The position numbers and the translations under genes were made by a program. Below, piece by piece: positions 38,952 through 47,964 of a stretch of DNA of 64,000 nt. How positions within the stretch are numbered: the stretch's first letter is position 1; every line of letters starts with the position of its first letter. Origin of the DNA: Bdellovibrionales bacterium (GTDB lineage Bacteria; Bdellovibrionota; Bdellovibrionia; Bdellovibrionales; UBA1609). The notes beneath the pieces are model-generated. The model had not been told where the DNA came from. It worked only from the letters and a program-made list of their open reading frames with translations, and searched no databases. The stretch spans positions 1,312,001-1,376,000 of the forward strand of contig OZ241877.1 in NCBI GenBank assembly GCA_965203095.1, written 5' to 3'.

Positions 38952-40884
38952 CCCGACTTCCGCATTTTGTGATCAGGAATCCAGTATTATCAAGGGTTTG
39001 CGGGGAGGCTTGGGTCACTACATTCAAGACTTTAGTTTGTGATATTAGGACATAAATTTAATAGTTCGTGGGAAGGTTTTGTTAAAGGCTTTGTAGATAT
39101 TCTTTTGTGTTTTGTTGATTGTAGAAGGTAGGAAGAATTTCTTTCCTGTGGATGTGTCCTCTATATAACTGATTTGGACAAGACTTAATTCTTGTTTAAT
39201 GACTTCAAAACTAAGGTTTATATTTTTAGATTTCAAAACATGCCTCACAAAAACCGTCAGACCATAAGCTATAAAACATATTAACACATGAGCCTTTATC
39301 CTTCTCGGTGTCCAATGATAGATAGGTCTCATCTTCAAATCATGTTTGTTCATACGAAAAGCAGATTCTATTTGCCAAAGATTTTTGTATTTTTCCAATA
39401 TGTTATGGGCCGTCTCTTTTTTGTTGTTTACAGCTACAGCACTAAATCCGTCCCATAAACGCTCCGCTTGTATCTTGTCTTCATTTAAAACAGCCCAACC
39501 CTTCTGTTTTAACTCCAAATACTTCTTAAGTCCGGTGTTTTTAACCAAATCCTTCACACGAACTCGACCACCTTTCATCTTTTCTTTTATCTTGGCCAAA
39601 AGCTTCTCCCTATCCCTTCTGTCTTTATCTGCTCTTTCCCGATCATAACGGACAATGAGACGAAAACCCTCCCACTCATATTCCCCCGTCCAGCTCCGAA
39701 CCTTTCTAAAATCCCCTCTTTTAGAAAAAGCAGGAGCTTCCGACAACACCCTATCCTTCAAAGACTTCTTCATTGACTTCAGCCGGGCCCCAGCTATAAA
39801 CTGAACCTTCCTTTTATCCATCTCAAAAAGATTTTTCTTGGAAAACATCCCACGATCAGCAACTAAAAACACATCCCGAATATCATAACTCTTTGATATA
39901 TTATCTATCGTCTGGAGCAAAGTATTGCCCTCAAAAGTATTACCAGAAAAAAGCTCATAACCTATAGGCAAACCCCCTTTAGTCGTCATCAAAGACAAAA
40001 CAACCTGTGTCTCTTTGATCTTATTGTCCTTGCTAAAACCACAACTCCTCAAATTATCCTCGATAAAACTCTCAAAATACAATGTCGTCACATCAAAAAA
40101 CACAACATCAATACGCTCTTTAAACAAACTCAATGTCCTCTCGGTTAGCTTGCCTTTTAAAACCTCACTATTCTTATAAACCTTGTCCATCATCCGATAA
40201 ACACGATCCAAAGGTATGGACTGAACACCAGCAGACCTTCTGCTTATGTCCAAAACACTACCCCGCTTACTCATCGGACTTTTTAAACGATGCAAAACCA
40301 TTTCCTTCAATAGTTGGCTGGCCTCTCTATGCTTATATCCCTCATTAAAACAAGACGATAAACCCAGGTCATCGTAAACCTTGCCAAATATGTCTGAAAT
40401 CCCCACAACTTGACGACTCTCCTCTTTCAGACTTGGTGCATGAACCATATCCCCAGGATAAAAATCCCTCTTCTTCTCTCTCGTAGAGTCCCCCTTGGAA
40501 TCCCTCTTAGAATCCTCCTCAAAAAGCGAGAACTGATCTTTTCCTTTGAGGTCCTGAATGACTTTTCTGCCGATCTTGTAAAATAAAGCAATTTTCTCTT
40601 TATCGTTTTGATGGCAATGTCCTACACAGCCAATAGTCTCTTGTCTGACTTTTTTGCCTTCTCTACGGCTTCTGACCACACGGATGGAAACATGGCCATT
40701 GGCTTTTTTAACTTCACGAATAAACATACTGGCAGAATAAGAGAAGACAGAAGGCTTGTCAAGTAGATAAATTAAAAATATTGCTTTATTTTTATCAAGG
40801 GCCACTACACCCCAACACAACAATAAAAAGCCCATAAACTGGGCCTTTTAAACCCTTACAACTCTACAAAATGCGGAAGTCGGG
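38952..40884 (-). mobile_element. IS1634-family insertion sequence
   Basis: 19-bp perfect terminal IRs CCCGACTTCCGCATTTTGT (38952-38970, 40866-40884); intact DDE transposase. Confidence 0.92.
39045..40727 (-). CDS. IS1634-family DDE transposase
   Basis: FFDVTTLYFES, GFSKD, VADRGM, WQIESAFR, RPIYHW; start re-assigned to ATG 40727. Confidence 0.93.
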   Translation of the reverse strand: MFIREVKKANGHVSIRVVRSRREGKKVRQETIGCVGHCHQNDKEKIALFYKIGRKVIQDLKGKDQFSLFEEDSKRDSKGDSTREKKRDFYPGDMVHAPSLKEESRQVVGISDIFGKVYDDLGLSSCFNEGYKHREASQLLKEMVLHRLKSPMSKRGSVLDISRRSAGVQSIPLDRVYRMMDKVYKNSEVLKGKLTERTLSLFKERIDVVFFDVTTLYFESFIEDNLRSCGFSKDNKIKETQVVLSLMTTKGGLPIGYELFSGNTFEGNTLLQTIDNISKSYDIRDVFLVADRGMFSKKNLFEMDKRKVQFIAGARLKSMKKSLKDRVLSEAPAFSKRGDFRKVRSWTGEYEWEGFRLIVRYDRERADKDRRDREKLLAKIKEKMKGGRVRVKDLVKNTGLKKYLELKQKGWAVLNEDKIQAERLWDGFSAVAVNNKKETAHNILEKYKNLWQIESAFRMNKHDLKMRPIYHWTPRRIKAHVLICFIAYGLTVFVRHVLKSKNINLSFEVIKQELSLVQISYIEDTSTGKKFFLPSTINKTQKNIYKAFNKTFPRTIKFMS

Positions 40885-40968
40885 TTCAATGCCATTTTAT
40901 TTGAAATCATTTGATTAATCGCCCATGAAAAAGCAAGATTTTTCTATTCAGCTTGGCTATCGCGAACA
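40885..40968 (+). repeat. 84-bp target-site duplication, right copy
   Basis: Identical to 38868-38951. Confidence 0.92.
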
Positions 40969-41121
40969 CATACAATTCCCGCCGAGCTTGCTAAAAAGGC
41001 CAATCTTCAGAAGAAGGCCCCTTTATGAACCCTACACCAAAGTCTTTAACATTGTTCCAAAGGGTAGGATCCTTTGGTTTCATGCGAAAAGACACTCTTC
41101 AAAGATCAAAAACATTAAACT

Positions 41122-42078
41122 TTAATTTTTTTGTATATGGACAGGAGGTTTTACAAGAACACCTTGAAACTTTGCCCATGTTTTATTTGCAGATCTTATC
41201 ATTTTAACTCCTGTTGTGTTCTCAAAAAATAATGTTATCAGATGATATGCTGTTAATACAGATTCTTGTAATTCGCTATCATCTTCCAGAGCTTTCACCT
41301 TAAAGTTATATTTATTCAATTTATTTTTTATTTGTGTAAGACCAATTGGACGACCATGGTTCAAGTGTTTCACATTTATAAAAAAATCGGCGACCTGTTG
41401 AGCTTTTTTCTCATCTTTCAACATATATTTTGTTAACCATTCTTGAACCATTATTTTTGAGTAATTTAATGATTTTTTAGCTTCTTCAAGTAGACCTAAA
41501 CCTAAGGATGATAAAATCGGTATCCATATTTGCATGTTGTTTGGATTTTGCTCAAAATCTTTCTTAGCTGTTTCAAACTGACTTACAATAGAATGAGCTG
41601 ATATTTGACGATTTTCTGAAAGAACAAATTGGGGATCAATGGGGCCTAAAAAAGAATGTTTGCCCATTATAATTTGATCTGATCCAAGAGCTATCATTGT
41701 TCCTGCTGACATAGCATAGGTAGGCACAATGACTTCTATATAATCAAATTTTCCTCTTAAATATTTTACAATAGATTCCGTAGCGGTTGGAAGACCTCCT
41801 GGTGTGTGCAAAATCAGAGTTAACCCTTTAGAACAATCTAATTCTCGTATGATGCTCATAAAACCATTTATGTCCTCTTTATTGATGAGAGTAAGTGTAG
41901 GAATATTCCTTGGAGCATTTTTTTGCAAAAAAGCTGATGAGTATATAATAACAGCCCTGTTATTACAGAGCTTTGAAATTTGATTTATATAATCCTTAAA
42001 TTTAGACTCGAACCAGATCTGTTTAGAGTTTTGATTAACAGATGTAAATTCATTCAATAATTCTCCCCAAGATGGCAT
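41122..42078 (-). CDS. SDH_sah / ClpP-class (S49-like) serine protease
   Basis: LHTPGG, AMSAGT, LGPIDPQ, HGRPI. Confidence 0.88.
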   Translation of the reverse strand: MPSWGELLNEFTSVNQNSKQIWFESKFKDYINQISKLCNNRAVIIYSSAFLQKNAPRNIPTLTLINKEDINGFMSIIRELDCSKGLTLILHTPGGLPTATESIVKYLRGKFDYIEVIVPTYAMSAGTMIALGSDQIIMGKHSFLGPIDPQFVLSENRQISAHSIVSQFETAKKDFEQNPNNMQIWIPILSSLGLGLLEEAKKSLNYSKIMVQEWLTKYMLKDEKKAQQVADFFINVKHLNHGRPIGLTQIKNKLNKYNFKVKALEDDSELQESVLTAYHLITLFFENTTGVKMIRSANKTWAKFQGVLVKPPVHIQKN

Positions 42079-42081
42079 AAA

Positions 42082-42261
42082 TTAGTAGTCAGTTAAGATT
42101 TGTGTTGTTGGAATATCTTTGGAGAGGTGTTGAGCTAATTCTGTTAAGTTAGATATTTTTGTTGTTTCAATATATTTTATATATTTTTTTTCTTCAGATT
42201 TATACAATTCTTTCCAATCTGAGACTTTTTTTGAAGATTTTTTTTCTTTATTTGTTTCCAT
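42082..42261 (-). CDS. 59-aa microprotein upstream of the protease (absent from the ORF track)
   Basis: METNKEKKSSKK...QILTDY; stop 3 nt before the protease ATG. Confidence 0.5.
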   Translation of the reverse strand: METNKEKKSSKKVSDWKELYKSEEKKYIKYIETTKISNLTELAQHLSKDIPTTQILTDY

Positions 42262-42475
42262 AGAAAAGTTTACCTATGCCTTTATAATCTTTTTTGAATA
42301 ATCGGTCAACTTGTATAATTAAAATTATTTATTCTTCTAAAAAATAACTTAAAATCCAAAAAAACTCACCATAACTGTCTCTTTTTTTTAGAATTTACAA
42401 GTTTTTTACAAAAAATGAGAGAAACAGAGGAGGGCAAAGATAGGTTCCCCACTACTGGCAAGAGGTTAGATCAAA

Positions 42476-42847
42476 TTAATGCAGTCCTCCATGAAAAATC
42501 AGATTGAAAACCTTGTCTTTAGCACAGAAAAACAGTCTGGTTTTACTTTTTCCCTTAAATAGTTCAAGGATTTGACGCATTGTCCTGACAAGTTTTAAAA
42601 TAATACTGGCCAGCTGATTTTTTGGTTGTGATGAATAAATAAAATCGCTTAAATCCTTATGAAAGGAGACTACTTTTAATCGGGAAGTTTTTTGTTTGTC
42701 AATTAGCCAACGAATATCACGGGCCAGAGTAGTATGGCCTCTATGAGCCTCATAAGCCGCAAGTTGCAAGGCCGTTGTTAAAAACCTTTCACTATCATCC
42801 TGAAGGTGGGAGTTTATTAGGGATTTGATTTGTTCTGCAGTAGCCAT
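42476..42847 (-). pseudogene. Truncated AAA ATPase (IetA-like N-terminus)
   Basis: MATAEQIKSLINSH..DDSERFLTTALQLAAYEA resembles subtilase-associated AAA ATPases; no Walker A; strong AGGAG RBS. Confidence 0.65.
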
Positions 42848-42855
42848 ATCTCCTC

Positions 42856-43752
42856 CTAAGTGTTATTTTGTTGTATTAGTTTACTTTTGTCAAATTTATT
42901 TATATATCTCATTAGCAGGCCAGACTGATAAATGAGAAATTCATTTTCCGATTCCTCTATATTGCCGTCTTGATGCTTGCTGTTTTCATTAAAATACTCA
43001 TCCAAGTAATTAAAAGTTTGAAAAATGATATTTCTCACTTCACTTTTGTTGTTATTCTGTTTCAGTTTTTTTTGCAAGCTGTTTATGTTTTCTTTAAGCC
43101 CTTTTTGATTTTTCAATTTATATCGTAAAAACTCTTCAAGAGAACGCCTTAAGCTTTCAGCAGATTTTACCGGATTTTTATCTTGATAAAATTTAAGAGC
43201 CTCTTCAAAGTGTTGATTGCTTTGGTGATTTAAAAAAGAAAGAGTTTTATTGACAAGTTCTTCATCTAACTTTTTTTCTCCTTTTGGATAAAGAATGAGG
43301 CCATTTTTAAAGTCTGTAGCGACTACATCCATATCAGACATTTCAATAGCTTCTTTAACTCTTTTTATAAGGTATTGTTTTGTTTCTTTTCCACGCTTAG
43401 CAAAGCTTTTTTTCATATCTAAAGAGAGAATGACTTCAATTAACCTGTAAAATTCCTTTTCATTACATTCTGTCTCCACTCGATCAATTATCGTGATTTT
43501 ATCATTCTGCTCATTTAATTTCTCACTAATTCCATAATGTTGGCAAAAATCAAGAAAGCTTTCTTCTTTAACAATATTATCAATGCCTTTCAAGTAATAA
43601 GTCCTATATGCATCTCCCATCGTGAGGCTTATACCTTTAAAGATGTTAACTATTCTTTGTTGGAATTGTTGAAAAGCCTCTTGTGGCGTATAGGATAAAG
43701 TGATGTTCCATCTTTTATTAAAATTTTCTTTATGTTCCTTAACATTCCTCAT
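42856..43752 (-). CDS. Hypothetical protein, abortive-infection (AbiJ/Abi_C)-like
   Basis: GGAGG RBS; helical C-terminal domain HFEEAL..SLRRSLEEFLR..NSKH. Confidence 0.55.
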   Translation of the reverse strand: MRNVKEHKENFNKRWNITLSYTPQEAFQQFQQRIVNIFKGISLTMGDAYRTYYLKGIDNIVKEESFLDFCQHYGISEKLNEQNDKITIIDRVETECNEKEFYRLIEVILSLDMKKSFAKRGKETKQYLIKRVKEAIEMSDMDVVATDFKNGLILYPKGEKKLDEELVNKTLSFLNHQSNQHFEEALKFYQDKNPVKSAESLRRSLEEFLRYKLKNQKGLKENINSLQKKLKQNNNKSEVRNIIFQTFNYLDEYFNENSKHQDGNIEESENEFLIYQSGLLMRYINKFDKSKLIQQNNT

Positions 43753-43828
43753 TATTCCTCCAGTTTTGAAAAGATTCTTTAATTAATACGCTATATCAGT
43801 TCCAGCATTTGTTTTGAAATATCAGTTT

Positions 43829-43902
43829 TATACTGATTTTGTTTGAAAATTCCTGCCTTTCTTACTCTATTTTGACCGGAAAATTCAATTGTGATCAGTA
43901 TA
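43829..43902 (+). repeat. 74-bp MITE-like repeat (best-preserved copy)
   Basis: Terminal IR TATACTGAT/ATCAGTATA. Confidence 0.85.
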
Positions 43903-44172
43903 TTTCTTTTGGCCAAAATTGTTGATTCATATTTTAAAAATTTCCTAAATTTATTTTTGTTTTTTAATAGCCTATAATCAGTAAAGATAAGGATTTTTGA
44001 AACTTTGTCAAAGCTATAAGTATTTTTTTTAAATTTTTCTCTCACTCCAGCTGTGTATCAGCCTTAGCCATTGCTGATTTAGAATAAACACTTTTAGCTC
44101 TCGCCATCTCCCCTGCGGGAGTCTCGATCTTAGATTGGGTATTGTGATTGAGTTTCCAATCCTTTAAAACCT

Positions 44173-45060
44173 CTATAAAAAGTCGTGACTTGGCAATCCA
44201 AAAACACACCTGACCGCGTTGACTTGACGACCTGTTAATATAGTGCCTCCAGTAGCATTGCTTTTATACATTATGTTTTTTATATCCTTTAGAGTATGTT
44301 TATACCCTAAAGCATGCCCTAATTCATGAATCATTGTTTTTAAAGTATCTCTATAAATATTTTTTTTCCAACCGTCAAAAAGATCATCAAACTTGTCTTC
44401 ATAATCGTCAAGCAAATCTTCCCGCTCTCTTTTCCTTTCCCTCACCTTTTCATAGCATGATTGGGGAGGGTTCAGCCCCCATACCTGCTGACAAATCTCG
44501 TGTTCGTCCACATCTTCAAGCCTGTCTCTTTTTGAGTCCATAATGTCATTTGTCCTTCTCTTTGCTTGTTTGTATTCCGCTCTTTTCTTATCATAAATTA
44601 TAGGGTTAAAAACAATGTCCGAATAATACATCTCCCCTGTTTCTATATTATATTTTTGTCTTGTTTTACAATAAGCTAAGTAGTCCCCTGGTTCTAAGCT
44701 GTTTTTCATTTTCTCATAATGAGACTCGTCTGATTCAATATAAATTATTGAGCCATCGTTTAAACTTTGATCTTCATAATCTCTGGCGTCCCTCATCTCA
44801 AACAAGTCAATTCCTATATGATCGGATAACAACTCAGAGGCTTCCTTTGCTATTTTTAATAACTCCGGGCTAACATAAAAAATAGCTTTTTCTCTTCTGT
44901 GGAGGTATAAATCTCCTGCAATTTTTATAAAAGGACTAAAATCACATTGTGTTTGTGGGGAGGATTGACTTTGCATAATAAAACTTGATGGATGTTCTCG
45001 AGCACAACTCAAACAAACCAGCCCCATAAAGACAAAAAAGATTTTTATGAGAGTTTGCAT
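44173..45060 (-). CDS. Matrixin/metzincin metalloprotease lipoprotein
   Basis: Lipobox CLSC; HELGHALGYKH plus Met-turn NIMY. Confidence 0.85.
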   Translation of the reverse strand: MQTLIKIFFVFMGLVCLSCAREHPSSFIMQSQSSPQTQCDFSPFIKIAGDLYLHRREKAIFYVSPELLKIAKEASELLSDHIGIDLFEMRDARDYEDQSLNDGSIIYIESDESHYEKMKNSLEPGDYLAYCKTRQKYNIETGEMYYSDIVFNPIIYDKKRAEYKQAKRRTNDIMDSKRDRLEDVDEHEICQQVWGLNPPQSCYEKVRERKREREDLLDDYEDKFDDLFDGWKKNIYRDTLKTMIHELGHALGYKHTLKDIKNIMYKSNATGGTILTGRQVNAVRCVFGLPSHDFL

Positions 45061-45087
45061 TGATAATACCTATCCCTATAATATATT

Positions 45088-45927
45088 TTACAGCTCCATA
45101 AAAAGTCGTGACTTAAGCAATAGCACATCTTGTCTACATTTGTGGTATTTTTGTCGACAATAAGTGTTGCAACTCCCATTGTTAAAAGCTTGTCTTGCCC
45201 AACATTGCTCATAGTCTCTATCTAAGTCAGGCCCCATTGTGTGCGAATACCGATTAGCCTGTCTTCGCCGGATCGCCTCATTAAGCCTTTGTTGGCATTG
45301 GTATCTTTGGTCGCAATCAGTTTGGCAATTCATGCGAAAAGAATCGCAGGTTTTCATACGGCTGGCTATTGCCCTCTCAATCTCTCTTTTGTTTCTCTCT
45401 CTGGCTTCCCTTCGTTGTTCTGCTTCTCTCTCTGCCCGGTCATTCGCTCTTCTTATTGCATCTGTTGCCTCTGCTATTGCATTTCTTTCCCTCTCTCTGG
45501 CTTCCCTTCGCCGTTCAGCCTCTCTCTCCTCCGCCTCCTCCTCTTCTCGTTTCTGCCTTCGCAGATCCCCTTTTATTATCTCTGATCTGTCATCATCAGG
45601 GACATACATATCACTATTGCTTTGTTGATCTGTGTCTCTATTAGGGATAGCTAAACTTGCTTGATTAAACGCTGTGGCTATAGCATTTTGTCCGGCTTTC
45701 TTACATTCATTAGTAGAAACAAAGTTATAAAACTTATAATAAGAACAAAGCTTATCTATTCGGCTTGTAGCATTACTCTCAAAACATTCTTTTTCAAAAC
45801 TACACTCTTTGTTAATATAGCGAAAGTCTTTTTGAGTTTGTTCAACCCAGTCTTTGTTGGCAGGCCCCTGATTAAGAGACTGAAAACAGCTGGAAAGTAT
45901 AAATAAGGATAAGAGCAAAAAATACAT
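45088..45927 (-). CDS. Lipoprotein with Cys-rich ends and an E/R-rich charged helix
   Basis: Lipobox LSSC; REAERRREARERE repeats; CxxxC clusters. Confidence 0.7.
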   Translation of the reverse strand: MYFLLLSLFILSSCFQSLNQGPANKDWVEQTQKDFRYINKECSFEKECFESNATSRIDKLCSYYKFYNFVSTNECKKAGQNAIATAFNQASLAIPNRDTDQQSNSDMYVPDDDRSEIIKGDLRRQKREEEEAEEREAERRREARERERNAIAEATDAIRRANDRAEREAEQRREARERNKREIERAIASRMKTCDSFRMNCQTDCDQRYQCQQRLNEAIRRRQANRYSHTMGPDLDRDYEQCWARQAFNNGSCNTYCRQKYHKCRQDVLLLKSRLFMEL

Positions 45928-46165
45928 GGCCTAAAGCCTTATCGTCTAAATTTGGTCAAAAACTTAAAGTTTTTTTATGAAAAAGCTTAAAAAGTGTCTC
46001 ATTTTGGCTTGAAATTAGGTAATTTTAAGTATTAGAAGGGAAAATGGGGTATTTGTTGGGAAACATGGCAAAAACCGCAAAAATATGGTTGATTTTTCTT
46101 ATTTTTTTGAGAGTTTTTTGAGGGAAGCCAGTTTTTTTGTTTTCATTTTTCTAAAAAATTTTGGT

Positions 46166-46238
46166 TATACTGATCATATTTAAAATTTCCGGTCAAGACA
46201 GAGTAAGTAAAGCAGATCTTTCAAACAAAATTGATATA
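46166..46238 (-). repeat. Diverged inverted copy of the 74-bp MITE-like repeat
   Basis: TATACTGATC...TTTCCGGTCAAGACAGAGTAAG...TCAAACAAAAT. Confidence 0.75.
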
Positions 46239-46440
46239 AATAAATTCAGCCCCACTGACTTTGACTTTTCAAGGTCTTCAGTTGGGTTTTTATATGGAAA
46301 AGTGTATTAGCCTCTATTTCTCTACATTTTCTGAAAAAAATTATTTAAACCATCTTGACTCTTTTAAAAAAAGCCACATAGTTAGTTATGTGAACCCAGA
46401 TAGTCAAAGTAGGTTTTATTTATAAAATTAGGAAAACAAC

Positions 46441-46959
46441 ATGTCCCATGAAAGAAAAAAGAAAGGTCAAAAAATAGATTGGAAGACATGGCTTAAAAAA
46501 TGGAAAATGGACTCTTTAAAAATTTCTTTGCCTTATCTTCAAATGGAATGGAAACCAAATAATGCAGATAAAAATGCCTCTTGGGATCTTTATATTGAAC
46601 TGCTGACCAGAATAACTACACAACCTCTGCCAGTTAAGCATGGAGACGAAAAAACAGCTTTAGACAGTATATATTCCCTTTTTAGCCTTACCAGATCTAT
46701 CATCAAGTCCCATAAAAGAGATTGTATTGAATTTACAAAGATAGCTATTATTATTCTCAACCAGATTATTAGGCCGTTTACAGCAAAATGGCATAAGATC
46801 TCTATTGAAAAAGGATTTAAGGATACAAATAACTGTAAAAAATTTCGTAAAGAGTTGCTTCAACTCCAAAAACAGCTTTGTATTTATACAAAAATGCTTG
46901 CTGACATGGCCGGAGTGGAAGACTTGACAGAACTTGAGGGTAAGAGTTTATTAAACTAA
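46441..46959 (+). CDS. Hypothetical helical protein, co-oriented with the TIR gene
   Basis: 172 aa, SWDLYIELLTRITTQPL..DEKTALDSIYSLF; 14 bp upstream of the TIR gene. Confidence 0.75.
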   Translation: MSHERKKKGQKIDWKTWLKKWKMDSLKISLPYLQMEWKPNNADKNASWDLYIELLTRITTQPLPVKHGDEKTALDSIYSLFSLTRSIIKSHKRDCIEFTKIAIIILNQIIRPFTAKWHKISIEKGFKDTNNCKKFRKELLQLQKQLCIYTKMLADMAGVEDLTELEGKSLLN

Positions 46960-46973
46960 GAAGGAGAAAAACA

Positions 46974-47630
46974 ATGCACAAAGTATTTATTAGTTATCAT
47001 CATCAAAAAGATCAGTATTATAAAGGAGAGCTTTTAGAAATAAATAACTACTACAAGCAAATGTATGGCAATCCTATATTTATTGATAGGTCTGTAGATA
47101 CAGGAGATATATCAGAAAATCTGTCTGATGAGAATATTCGGCAAAAAATCAGAGATGAATATTTACGGGATTCCACAGTGACAATTCTTCTTTTGGGAAC
47201 TGAGACAAAATACAGAAAACATATTGATTGGGAGATATATTCCAGCATGTATGATGGAACAGTGAACAAAAAATCAGGAGTTTTAATCATTAACTTGCCA
47301 ACTATAAGTGATTCAGTTCGAGCAGGACATAGAGAACAAAAAAATGTTTATCCAGAAATAACTGATTGGACATCTTTTAAAACAAGAAAAGAATATGAAG
47401 ATAATCACCCTAATATGCCTGAAAGAATCATTGATAACTTAGTTCATCCCGGAGCAAAAATATCTGTCACTAACTGGGATAAGATTACTGATCCAAAAGT
47501 ATTAAAATTCTTGATTGATGCTACATTTGAAGACAGAGTGAACTGTGAATATGATTTAAGTAGGCCAATGAGACGGCAAAATACTAACTCATTTAAATCT
47601 CATGATATTTCTTTTTCACCAGATCTATAA
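46974..47630 (+). CDS. ThsB-like (DUF1863/MTH538) TIR-domain protein
   Basis: KVFISYHH, YLRDSTVTILLLG, RKHIDWEI (catalytic Glu). Confidence 0.88.
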   Translation: MHKVFISYHHQKDQYYKGELLEINNYYKQMYGNPIFIDRSVDTGDISENLSDENIRQKIRDEYLRDSTVTILLLGTETKYRKHIDWEIYSSMYDGTVNKKSGVLIINLPTISDSVRAGHREQKNVYPEITDWTSFKTRKEYEDNHPNMPERIIDNLVHPGAKISVTNWDKITDPKVLKFLIDATFEDRVNCEYDLSRPMRRQNTNSFKSHDISFSPDL

Positions 47631-47825
47631 TGAAAAAAATTATAATTGATTTTTGTTTGAATTGTGGCACTTCTTAAAAAGCTCATGTTTTTTGGAAACT
47701 GAATTATTAGGAAGCTTCCTTAAATTTTTTGGTTCATGACACTTTAAGCTATTTGTGATATTGAGATAAGAGAAATTAGCAGAAAATTAATTTTAAATTT
47801 GAGAAAATTTATAAAAAAATCAACT

Positions 47826-47928
47826 CCTGACTTCCGCATTTTGTGATCAAGAATCCAGTATGATCAAGGCTTTGCGTGGAGGCTTGGGTCACTACATTCA
47901 AGACTTTAGTTTGTGATATTGGACATAA
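47826..47928. mobile_element. Solo, diverged IS1634 end
   Basis: Aligns with 38952-39055 with a few substitutions. Confidence 0.85.
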
Positions 47929-47964
47929 GTTGAAATTTGTCCGTCCTCAAGCCAAAATCCTTTT

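Noticed and set aside
40925..41125. 66-aa ORF as the AbiEii toxin
   Set aside because: Too short, has no nucleotidyltransferase motif, and starts within a repeat end in the target duplication
43791..44045. 84-aa ORF
   Set aside because: Runs through the 74-bp repeat and low-complexity AT-rich DNA; no RBS or motif
45239..45644. Three overlapping plus-strand ORFs
   Set aside because: Antisense shadows of the E/R-rich repeat region of the 45088-45927 gene
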